Of a stretch of DNA of 64,000 nt, positions 57,220 through 62,888 are shown piece by piece. Position 1 is the first letter of the stretch. Each line of letters opens with the position of its first letter. A model generated the notes under the pieces. That model was not told the DNA's origin, did no database searches, and worked only from the letters and a program-made list of their open reading frames with translations. The stretch is from the IMG/VR virus record IMGVR_UViG_3300043137_000338; one strand, 5' to 3'. The stretch comes from a virus. The position numbers and the translations under genes were made by a program.

Positions 57220-57657
57220 ATGAAACAGAAATGGATTGATGCATTCATGGATACTGCTGAGCGTTTTGCTCAGCTGAGTTCTGCCACCAGGTTGAAGGTG
57301 GGTGCAGTGGTAGTCCAAGAAAACCGTATAATCTCCATCGGCTATAATGGAATGCCAGCTGGCTGGAGTAATGAGTGTGAAGAAGAAATTGTTGTCGATG
57401 TCGACGACAAGTGGTTGGTAACATTGAAAACAAAAGATGAGGTTATTCATGCAGAAGCTAATGCAATTCTCAAGTTGGCACGCGATGGTGAACGAGGCAC
57501 TGGCGCCAGCATATTCATCACTCATGCTCCTTGCATCAACTGTGCTAAGTTGGTCTACGGCGCTGGAATCAAGAACGTTTACTACCGTAACAGCTACCGT
57601 GACACCGCTGGTGAAGACTTTCTGGTGAAGTGCGAAATAAATGTTGAAAAAACTTGA
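57220..57657 (+). CDS. cd: dCMP deaminase
   Basis: Zinc-binding HAEANAI..HAPCINCAKL; ATG 57220. Confidence 0.85.
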   Translation: MKQKWIDAFMDTAERFAQLSSATRLKVGAVVVQENRIISIGYNGMPAGWSNECEEEIVVDVDDKWLVTLKTKDEVIHAEANAILKLARDGERGTGASIFITHAPCINCAKLVYGAGIKNVYYRNSYRDTAGEDFLVKCEINVEKT

Positions 57658-57682
57658 CTTTAAACGAAAATCGCTGTATAAT
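57654..57682 (+). promoter_or_regulatory. early promoter TTGACTTTAAACGA..N..TATAAT driving a non-coding transcript
   Basis: -35 57654-57659, -10 57677-57682. Confidence 0.6.
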
Positions 57683-57688
57683 AACGCT

Positions 57689-57919
57689 AAATAGATGATA
57701 AGGCATAGTCTTATCAAACCAAGGAATCAATTGCAAATGTCGTGTCTCTTATCCAGAAAACATCTACCTCTATCAAATAGAGTCTGGACAGGCGCACGCC
57801 CACAATCAGGAAATGTATTTGCGATTGAGTATGATGTTGAGGGTTTTGGTAAGAAGACGTAACGGTCTTACTTAATTTTACCAAAACCCTCGGAGATGAA
57901 AGTCTCTCGAGGGTTTTTT
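57689..57919 (+). ncRNA. candidate ~230-nt structured small RNA ending in an intrinsic terminator
   Basis: No ORF; long hairpin 57839-57890 (GAGGGTTTTGGTAAG..CTTACTTAATTTTACCAAAACCCTC) overlapping the terminator hairpin 57887-57913 + TTTTTTGTTTT. Confidence 0.45.
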
Positions 57920-57954
57920 GTTTTACCCCTACAGACTGTAGGGTCTTATGAAGT

Positions 57955-58011
57955 GCTTTACTTTAATTCACTTCTGAAGTAAAATAGGTGCTTAGGTTGA
58001 GTGAAGAGGTT
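57955..58011 (+). repeat. 57-nt promoter repeat unit copy A (GCTTTACTTTAATTCACTTCTGAAGTAAAATAGGTGCTTAGGTTGAGTGAAGAGGTTG)
   Basis: Near-identical units at 58042, 62806 and 62889; each holds a -35/-10 promoter and a conserved leader. Confidence 0.7.
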
Positions 58012-58041
58012 GTTCTGTTCTTCGCTTAGCTTGAAAGAAGT

Positions 58042-58098
58042 GCTTGACTTTAATTCAGGTTTGAAGTAAAATAGGTGCTTACGTTGAATGGCAACGGC
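58042..58098 (+). repeat. 57-nt promoter repeat unit copy B
   Basis: -35 TTGACT 58044-58049, -10 TAAAAT 58067-58072. Confidence 0.7.
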
Positions 58099-58170
58099 TG
58101 TTTGACTAAAGATCTTTAACAATTTGCGTACCAATTTATGAGACTGACTGCTTCGGTAGTCAGTCTATGT

Positions 58171-58243
58171 ACCCTCTTAGCCAAGCTGGTAAGGCATCGG
58201 ATTTTGATTCCGACATGCGGTGGTTCGAATCCATCAGGGGGTG
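58171..58243 (+). tRNA. tRNA-Gln (UUG)
   Basis: Cloverleaf by hand: acceptor ACCCTCT/AGGGGGT, anticodon loop TTTTGAT, T-loop TTCGAAT, CCA encoded. Confidence 0.75.
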
Positions 58244-58337
58244 CCATATTAAAACATATTATCTGAGTACAAGGCTCAGTGCTACGAAGCAAAATGTCTA
58301 GCAAGCCTCAAGAGGAAGCTATAGTGTGTTTTAATAT

Positions 58338-58398
58338 GGGAGTATGGCGCAGCGGACTTTTAATCCGTTGGTCGAGGGTTCGAATCCCTCTGCTCCTA
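58338..58398 (+). ncRNA. 61-nt tRNA-like element lacking a D-arm (anticodon-loop-like CTTTTAA)
   Basis: Acceptor GGGAGTA/TGCTCCT, anticodon-like arm, T-arm GAGGG TTCGAAT CCCTC and ACCA, but only 7 nt where the D-arm should be. Confidence 0.4.
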
Positions 58399-58416
58399 CC
58401 AAACGAGTTCTTAGGT

Positions 58417-58487
58417 GTGACTATGATGTAGCGGTAGCATCAGAGATTGTGATTCTCTTTGTATGGGTTCAACTCCCATTAGTCACC
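58417..58487 (+). tRNA. tRNA-His (GUG)
   Basis: Acceptor GTGACTA/TAGTCAC, anticodon loop TTGTGAT. Confidence 0.65.
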
Positions 58488-58501
58488 CCTAAGAATTTTA
58501 T

Positions 58502-58574
58502 GCAACTTTAGCTGATGTGGTCATAGCGGTGGTTTGAAGAGCCATTGAAGCAGGTTCGATCCCTGCAGGTTGCA
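58502..58574 (+). tRNA. tRNA-Phe (GAA)
   Basis: Acceptor GCAACTT/AGGTTGC, anticodon loop TTGAAGA, T-loop TTCGATC, CCA encoded. Confidence 0.7.
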
Positions 58575-58582
58575 CCAATAAT

Positions 58583-58620
58583 TCCCGGTTAGCTCAAAGG
58601 TAGAGCATACGACTGATTTA
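58583..58620 (+). pseudogene. truncated tRNA 5' half (acceptor + D-arm + 5' anticodon stem, anticodon-loop start CTGAT), interrupted by the endonuclease cassette
   Basis: TCCCGGT TA GCTC AAAGGTA GAGC A TACGA CTGAT.. runs straight into TTTTATAAATAG; no matching 3' half found downstream. Confidence 0.5.
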
Positions 58621-58624
58621 TTTT

Positions 58625-58651
58625 TATAAATAGATATAGGAGGAAACAACT
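58625..58651 (+). promoter_or_regulatory. late promoter TATAAATA + AGGAGGAAAC cassette
   Basis: TTTTTATAAATAGATATAGGAGGAAACAACTATG. Confidence 0.7.
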
Positions 58652-59254
58652 ATGTTTATTTGTAAATACTGTAGTAAAGATTGCAACAAAAGGTCACATA
58701 AAAATCATGAATTAAGGTGTCCTAAAAATGCAAACAGGGAATATAAAAATGGAATGTTAGGTAAGAAGGGTAGTAATCAATACACAAAATCAAAATCATT
58801 GTGTATTGAGCCGCCAGTATATGACAGATCTAACTGGAAAAGAGGTGGGGCAGCAGCTTGGTCTACCGAAGAAAGATCAGAAAATGCTAAAAAGCAAGGG
58901 TTCGGTGGTTATAGAGAAAACGCTGGTAACTCGAAGAAGTTTCGAGTTATTGACTCGTTTGGAAAAGAAACTACACTTCAAAGTTCTTATGAATTTAGGT
59001 GTAGTGAGATTTTAAATGAACTTGGTATAAAATGGATTAGACCTAAAGCGTTGAAATATGATAATAGGAATTACTTTGCAGATTTTTATCTTCCAGATTT
59101 AGATATCTGGCTTGACCCAAAGAATAGCTATAAAGCAAAACATGACGAAGAAAAGATAAGAAAGGTCATTGAGCAAAACTCTGTTAGATTGTTTGTTCTT
59201 CTGGAACACCAGCTATCTAAAGAATATATTGGGAGATTAGCTGAGACGGATTAG
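58652..59254 (+). CDS. putative homing endonuclease (Cys-rich N-terminus, PD-(D/E)XK/Vsr-like C-terminus)
   Basis: CKYCSKDC..H..C zinc motif; ..FADFYLPDLDIWLDPK.. nuclease-like core; uses the shared endonuclease-gene cassette. Confidence 0.45.
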   Translation: MFICKYCSKDCNKRSHKNHELRCPKNANREYKNGMLGKKGSNQYTKSKSLCIEPPVYDRSNWKRGGAAAWSTEERSENAKKQGFGGYRENAGNSKKFRVIDSFGKETTLQSSYEFRCSEILNELGIKWIRPKALKYDNRNYFADFYLPDLDIWLDPKNSYKAKHDEEKIRKVIEQNSVRLFVLLEHQLSKEYIGRLAETD

Positions 59255-59355
59255 CAGTGTCTTGATAAGGCACAGAGGTTGGATCGTTACCAACATCTTC
59301 TACCAGTAGATTAGTAAGACAGAGGATCGTTACCTCTACTGGGAACCAGATTTAT

Positions 59356-59426
59356 GCGGGATTAGTTTAGTGGTAAAACGTCATCCTTCCAAGTTGAAGT
59401 TGCGAGTTCGATTCTCGCATCCCGCT
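59356..59426 (+). tRNA. tRNA-Gly (UCC)
   Basis: Acceptor GCGGGAT/ATCCCGC, anticodon loop CTTCCAA, CCA encoded. Confidence 0.75.
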
Positions 59427-59635
59427 CCAGTTTTAGGATCATTTCAGCAAACTTAAAAACTTTCTTTTATCCAGAAACTAAAAAGTTGATCCTGTTATTT
59501 TCAATTCCGCAGAACCCGAGCATGGTGCATGGGCTTGACTGTTAATCAATGTTTAGCTGGGATCGTTACCCAGATGCGGAGCCAAATATCGCCTTGACTG
59601 ATGGCGTACAATGAGATAAGTAATCAGTCACCTAT

Positions 59636-59707
59636 GCCTCGTTAACTCAGCGGTAGAGTGTCTCCCTTACAAGGAGAAGGTCGGCGGTTCGAACCCGTCA
59701 CGAGGTA
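59636..59707 (+). tRNA. tRNA-Val (UAC)
   Basis: Acceptor GCCTCGT/ACGAGGT, anticodon loop CTTACAA, T-loop TTCGAAC, CCA encoded. Confidence 0.7.
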
Positions 59708-59716
59708 CCAAATTTC

Positions 59717-59790
59717 GCGTCTTTAGCACAACTGGATAGTGCACTGGGCTACGAACTCAGAGGTTGGGGATTCGAATTCCTCAGGACGCA
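59717..59790 (+). tRNA. tRNA-Arg (ACG)
   Basis: Acceptor GCGTCTT/AGGACGC, anticodon loop CTACGAA, CCA encoded. Confidence 0.7.
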
Positions 59791-59800
59791 CCAAACAAAT

Positions 59801-59889
59801 GGAAAGTAATGCAGCGGGGTTGGTCCTGCGACCAGCCTTGAAAACTGGGTTCTCAGAAATGGGATGGGGTTCGACTCCTCTGCTTTCCG
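59801..59889 (+). tRNA. tRNA-Ser (UGA), type II
   Basis: Acceptor GGAAAGT/GCTTTCC, anticodon arm CCAGC CTTGAAA ACTGG, long variable arm, CCA encoded. Confidence 0.7.
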
Positions 59890-59898
59890 CCAAATTAT

Positions 59899-59981
59899 GG
59901 AGTGAATGGAACAATGGTGTTCTAGCTGGCTGTAACCCAGTGGCACTTCGGTGCAGGTAGGTTCGATCCCTACTCACTTCA
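59899..59981 (+). tRNA. tRNA-Tyr (GUA), type II
   Basis: Anticodon arm GCTGG CTGTAAC CCAGT, variable hairpin GCAC TTCG GTGC, CCA encoded. Confidence 0.65.
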
Positions 59982-59990
59982 CCAAGTTTT

Positions 59991-60098
59991 AGGATACTTA
60001 CAGCAAAACTAACTCAAACGTTAGGTAACTGGTTCGACTCCAGTTTCACGCAATAGCGCGAATAGCTCATTCGGTAGAGCAGACGAAGAAAGTATCCT
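59991..60098 (+). ncRNA. circularly permuted tRNA-like element closed by a 9-bp inverted repeat
   Basis: Order is anticodon-like hairpin, T-arm ACTGG TTCGACT CCAGT, 3' acceptor TTCACGC-A, 3-nt spacer, 5' acceptor GCGCGAA, D-arm TA GCTC ATTCGGTA GAGC; flanked by AGGATACTT (59991-59999) and AAGTATCCT (60090-60098). Confidence 0.4.
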
Positions 60099-60108
60099 GT
60101 TATTCAAT

Positions 60109-60193
60109 GGAAGCGTGGCAGAGTGGTCTATTGTATCTGTCTAGAAAGCAGCCGACTCGAAAGGGTCCGTGAGTTCGAATCTCACCGCTTCCT
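60109..60193 (+). tRNA. type II tRNA (Ser-like), anticodon loop CUAGAAA (nominal anticodon AGA; identity uncertain)
   Basis: Acceptor GGAAGCG/CGCTTCC, D-loop GAGTGGTCTAT, variable hairpin GACTC GAAA GGGTC, T-loop TTCGAAT. Confidence 0.5.
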
Positions 60194-60223
60194 CCCTTGA
60201 GTTGATGTCAAGACTCGAACTTT

Positions 60224-60249
60224 TATAAATAGTTACATAGGAGGAAACT
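60224..60249 (+). promoter_or_regulatory. late promoter TATAAATA + AGGAGGAAAC cassette
   Basis: CTTTTATAAATAGTTACATAGGAGGAAACTATG. Confidence 0.7.
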
Positions 60250-60876
60250 ATGTACTATACTGTTTATAAAATAACGAATCGAATCAATGGTAAGATCTAT
60301 ATTGGATCACATAAAACCAAAGATTTGAATGACAATTATATGGGTTCTGGAAAGTATCTTAAATACTCTCAAGAGAAGCATGGTATAGAAAATTTTACCA
60401 AAGAAATTCTTTTTGTTTTTGATACTCCAGAACTTATGTACGCAAAAGAAGCTGAGATTGTTAATGATGAATTCCTTGCTGAAGAAAATACATACAATCT
60501 AAAGCTAGGTGGATATGGTGGGTTTGATTATCTAAATGCTTGGAAGGAAAATCCGACACATTCTGCTGACCATTACTTAAAGATGTCTTTGCGATTGAAA
60601 GAAAAATATCCAAATAGTCCTATGTACGGACGTAAACATTCTGAAGATTCTAAAAGTAAAAACAGTCAATCTAATCTTGGTAATCAAAGGTTTCTTGGGC
60701 GTAAACATTCTGACGAAACTAAACAAAAAATGCGCTATAGCGCATTGGAAAAACATAGTAAAGATAAAAATTCGCAGTTCGGAACTATGTGGATAACCGA
60801 TGGTTTGGAAAACAAAAAGATCAATAAACTACACGAAATTCCTGATGGTTGGCGTCGTGGTAGAGTGATAAATTAA
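60250..60876 (+). CDS. GIY-YIG homing endonuclease (SegB-like, in tRNA cluster)
   Basis: YKITNRINGKIYIGSHK GIY-YIG motif, repeated NUMOD3-like GRKHSEDSK / GRKHSDETK. Confidence 0.8.
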   Translation: MYYTVYKITNRINGKIYIGSHKTKDLNDNYMGSGKYLKYSQEKHGIENFTKEILFVFDTPELMYAKEAEIVNDEFLAEENTYNLKLGGYGGFDYLNAWKENPTHSADHYLKMSLRLKEKYPNSPMYGRKHSEDSKSKNSQSNLGNQRFLGRKHSDETKQKMRYSALEKHSKDKNSQFGTMWITDGLENKKINKLHEIPDGWRRGRVIN

Positions 60877-60902
60877 GTATCTTCGCATACTTCAGATGGG
60901 TC

Positions 60903-60931
60903 TTGACTTTTGATGAATTGTGTAGTAGAAT
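60903..60931 (+). promoter_or_regulatory. sigma70-type promoter TTGACT..N18..TAGAAT
   Basis: Preceded by hairpin AAGTATCTTCGCATACTT 60876-60893. Confidence 0.45.
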
Positions 60932-61038
60932 AGAAACATATGAATATGAATGGGAAGAACAAGAACTTGTTCTTTCGTTGATTAACAAATGGAGAAACGG
61001 TGATCGATTCTCTGCTAATGATTATAGGAGGAAGTCAC

Positions 61039-61618
61039 ATGCCAGCAGTATTTTTAGTATCTGACACACACTTTCGGGCATAGTGGAGTATGCAGATTCA
61101 CTGAGGCAGACGGAGTGACTAAGATTCGACCGTGGACTGATCCAGAAGAAATGGATGAGGAAATGGTCAAGCGATGGAACGAAACCGTCAAGCCAAACGA
61201 CAAGGTTTATCACTTAGGTGACGTTGTCATTAACCGCAAGTCGTTAAGTATTATGAGCCGGTTAAATGGTGACAAGGTTCTGATCAAGGGTAACCATGAC
61301 ATCTTCAAGTTAGAGGAATATACTCAATACTTCAGAGACATTCGTGGTAGTCATGTGATGAACGGTATGATTTTAACTCATATCCCTCTGCATCCAAGAC
61401 AATTATATCGTTTCGGTACTAACATTCATGGTCACTTACATACCAATCGTGTTATGTTTGACGACAAGGAAATGGGTGAGATTATCGATCCGCGTTACTT
61501 CTGTGTTTGCGTTGAACAAACAGATTTTCGCCCTATCTTATTTGAAGACGTAATTAAGCGTATCAAAGAACAGGGTGGTACCGTGGGTTTCAAGAACGGT
61601 AATGGTCCAGTGATGTAA
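61039..61618 (+). pseudogene. calcineurin-like metallophosphoesterase interrupted by a +1 frameshift at UUU CGG G (61072-61078)
   Basis: Frame 1 gives MPAVFLVSDTHF then R A stop; frame +1 continues GHSGV.. and carries GNHD and GHLH motifs; removing C61075 restores DTHFGH. Confidence 0.6.
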
Positions 61619-61730
61619 GAATTGGAAGATGATCTCGGTGCTTCCGTTCTCCCGAGTTAGAATAACTGATATCGTTTCAGTAAGACGGAGCCAAATTTAG
61701 GAGGATTACGGTTTCGTAAACTGTTATTTT

Positions 61731-61767
61731 TATAAATAGATGTATACTAATTATAAGGAGAAACAGT
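61731..61767 (+). promoter_or_regulatory. late promoter TATAAATA + AAGGAGAAAC cassette
   Basis: TTTTTATAAATAGATGTATACTAATTATAAGGAGAAACAGTATG. Confidence 0.65.
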
Positions 61768-62181
61768 ATGAATACTAACGAAAAGGGTGTCCGTGGTTTA
61801 ATTAAAGTAATTGACGATCTACAGAGCAATGGTTATTATGTATTTAATGCATTCGATGATCATTCTCCTGTGGATGTTATAGCGATGGATAAAACTGGAA
61901 AAACATTCAGGATTCAGATAAAGTATCGTCAAGCCACTGTAAAAAAGAACAAAGGCAACACATACAATCTTGGAGCGTTTTCCATAGTTAATTCTAAAAA
62001 AATTGAAATAGATCGTAGTTTAATCGATGGATGGGCAGTATATATGGCAGACGATAATAAAGTTGTGTATATTCCTGTTAAATCTATGGAAGGTAAAAAA
62101 GAAACTACGTTATATGGTAGTGAAGTTTATGGAGAGTTGACAGAGTGGCAATGTGCTGGTTTGCTAAACCAAGACCACTGA
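61768..62181 (+). CDS. putative PD-(D/E)XK-like nuclease (mobile endonuclease candidate); its last 51 nt are the 5' part of tRNA-Ser
   Basis: ..DVIAMDK..FRIQIK.. D..(D/E)xK-like core; the C-terminal residues ..YGELTEWQCAGLLNQDH are encoded by the tRNA-Ser(GCU) acceptor, D and anticodon arms. Confidence 0.45.
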   Translation: MNTNEKGVRGLIKVIDDLQSNGYYVFNAFDDHSPVDVIAMDKTGKTFRIQIKYRQATVKKNKGNTYNLGAFSIVNSKKIEIDRSLIDGWAVYMADDNKVVYIPVKSMEGKKETTLYGSEVYGELTEWQCAGLLNQDH

Positions 62182-62217
62182 GTAATCGGTGCAAGCGTTC
62201 GATCCGCTTACTCTCCG
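62131..62217 (+). tRNA. tRNA-Ser (GCU), type II
   Basis: Acceptor GGAGAGT/ACTCTCC, anticodon arm CTGGT TTGCTAA ACCAA, T-arm AAGCG TTCGATC CGCTT, CCA encoded. Confidence 0.7.
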
Positions 62218-62228
62218 CCAAGAAGTAT

Positions 62229-62317
62229 ACCTCGATAGTTTAACGGTAAAACGGCGGATTTATATCCCGTAAGCAACAGATAATTGGTTCATCCGAGTTC
62301 GATTCTCGGTCGAGGTA
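62229..62317 (+). tRNA. 89-nt tRNA-like gene, anticodon loop TTTATAT (UAU, Ile/AUA) with 22-nt variable region
   Basis: Acceptor ACCTCGA/TCGAGGT, D-arm GTTT AACGGTA AAAC, T-arm CCGAG TTCGATT CTCGG, CCA encoded; extra length unexplained. Confidence 0.45.
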
Positions 62318-62325
62318 CCATATAT

Positions 62326-62399
62326 GCCCTGGTGACGGAATTGGTATACGTGCTTGACTCAAAATCAAGATTTTGTGGGTTCGAGTCCCACCTGGGGCA
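62326..62399 (+). tRNA. tRNA with anticodon CAA (nominally Leu) but a short type I variable loop
   Basis: Acceptor GCCCTGG/CTGGGGC, anticodon arm CTTGA CTCAAAA TCAAG, T-loop TTCGAGT, CCA encoded. Confidence 0.5.
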
Positions 62400-62411
62400 C
62401 CAAAGATGTGC

Positions 62412-62440
62412 TTGACTTTAAATCAAGTCTCATGTATAAT
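62412..62440 (+). promoter_or_regulatory. early promoter TTGACTTTAAATCA..N..TATAAT inside the tRNA cluster
   Basis: -35 62412-62417, -10 62435-62440. Confidence 0.6.
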
Positions 62441-62452
62441 AGCTGTATGAAA

Positions 62453-62533
62453 GCGAGAGTGGTGTAATGGCAGCCACAGGAGACTTAAAATCTCCCGCCG
62501 AAAGGCATGCGGGTTCGAGTCCCGCCTCTCGCA
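62453..62533 (+). tRNA. tRNA-Leu (UAA), type II
   Basis: Acceptor GCGAGAG/CTCTCGC, anticodon arm GGAGA CTTAAAA TCTCC, variable arm CGCCGAAAGGCATG, CCA encoded. Confidence 0.8.
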
Positions 62534-62545
62534 CCAAAGAATTTT

Positions 62546-62618
62546 CTGGCGTTCGTATAATGGATTAATACAGTGCTCTTCTAAAGCACGAATAGGGGTT
62601 CGATTCCCTTACGCCGGA
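62546..62618 (+). tRNA. tRNA-Arg (UCU)
   Basis: Anticodon arm GTGCT CTTCTAA AGCAC, T-loop TTCGATT, CCA encoded. Confidence 0.7.
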
Positions 62619-62628
62619 CCAGATTGAT

Positions 62629-62702
62629 GGGCTTCTAGCTCATGTTGGTTAGAGCAGCGAACTCATAATTCGTTGGTGCCGAGTTCGACTCTCGGGGAGC
62701 CC
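62629..62702 (+). tRNA. tRNA-Met/Ile2 (CAU)
   Basis: Acceptor GGGCTTC/GGAGCCC, D-arm TA GCTC ATGTTGGTTA GAGC, anticodon loop CTCATAA, CCA encoded. Confidence 0.75.
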
Positions 62703-62717
62703 ACCATAGAAATGTAT

Positions 62718-62792
62718 GTACGAGTGGCAGAGTGGTCAAATGCAACGGATTGCAAATCCGTAAAGTCGTGAGTTCGAATCTCACCTTGTACT
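62718..62792 (+). tRNA. tRNA-Cys (GCA)
   Basis: Anticodon arm ACGGA TTGCAAA TCCGT, T-loop TTCGAAT, CCA encoded. Confidence 0.65.
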
Positions 62793-62805
62793 CCAAAAAT
62801 TAGTG

Positions 62806-62862
62806 CTTGACTTTAATTCGCTTCTGTAGTAAAATAGGTGCTTAGGTTGAGTGAAGAAGTTG
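62806..62862 (+). repeat. 57-nt promoter repeat unit copy C
   Basis: GCTTGACTTTAATTCGCTTCTGTAGTAAAATAGGTGCTTAGGTTGAGTGAAGAAGTTG. Confidence 0.7.
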
Positions 62863-62888
62863 ATGTTGTTGGTTAGTTGCTACGAAGT

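Noticed and set aside
58116-58304. Minus-strand 62-aa ORF and several 60-90-aa ORFs (59723..59977 -, 59739..59960 +, 59749..59946 -, 63390..63590 -, 63633..63851 +) in the tRNA clusters
   Set aside because: They lie entirely over well-folded tRNA genes with CCA ends; they are frame artefacts of GC-balanced tRNA sequence.
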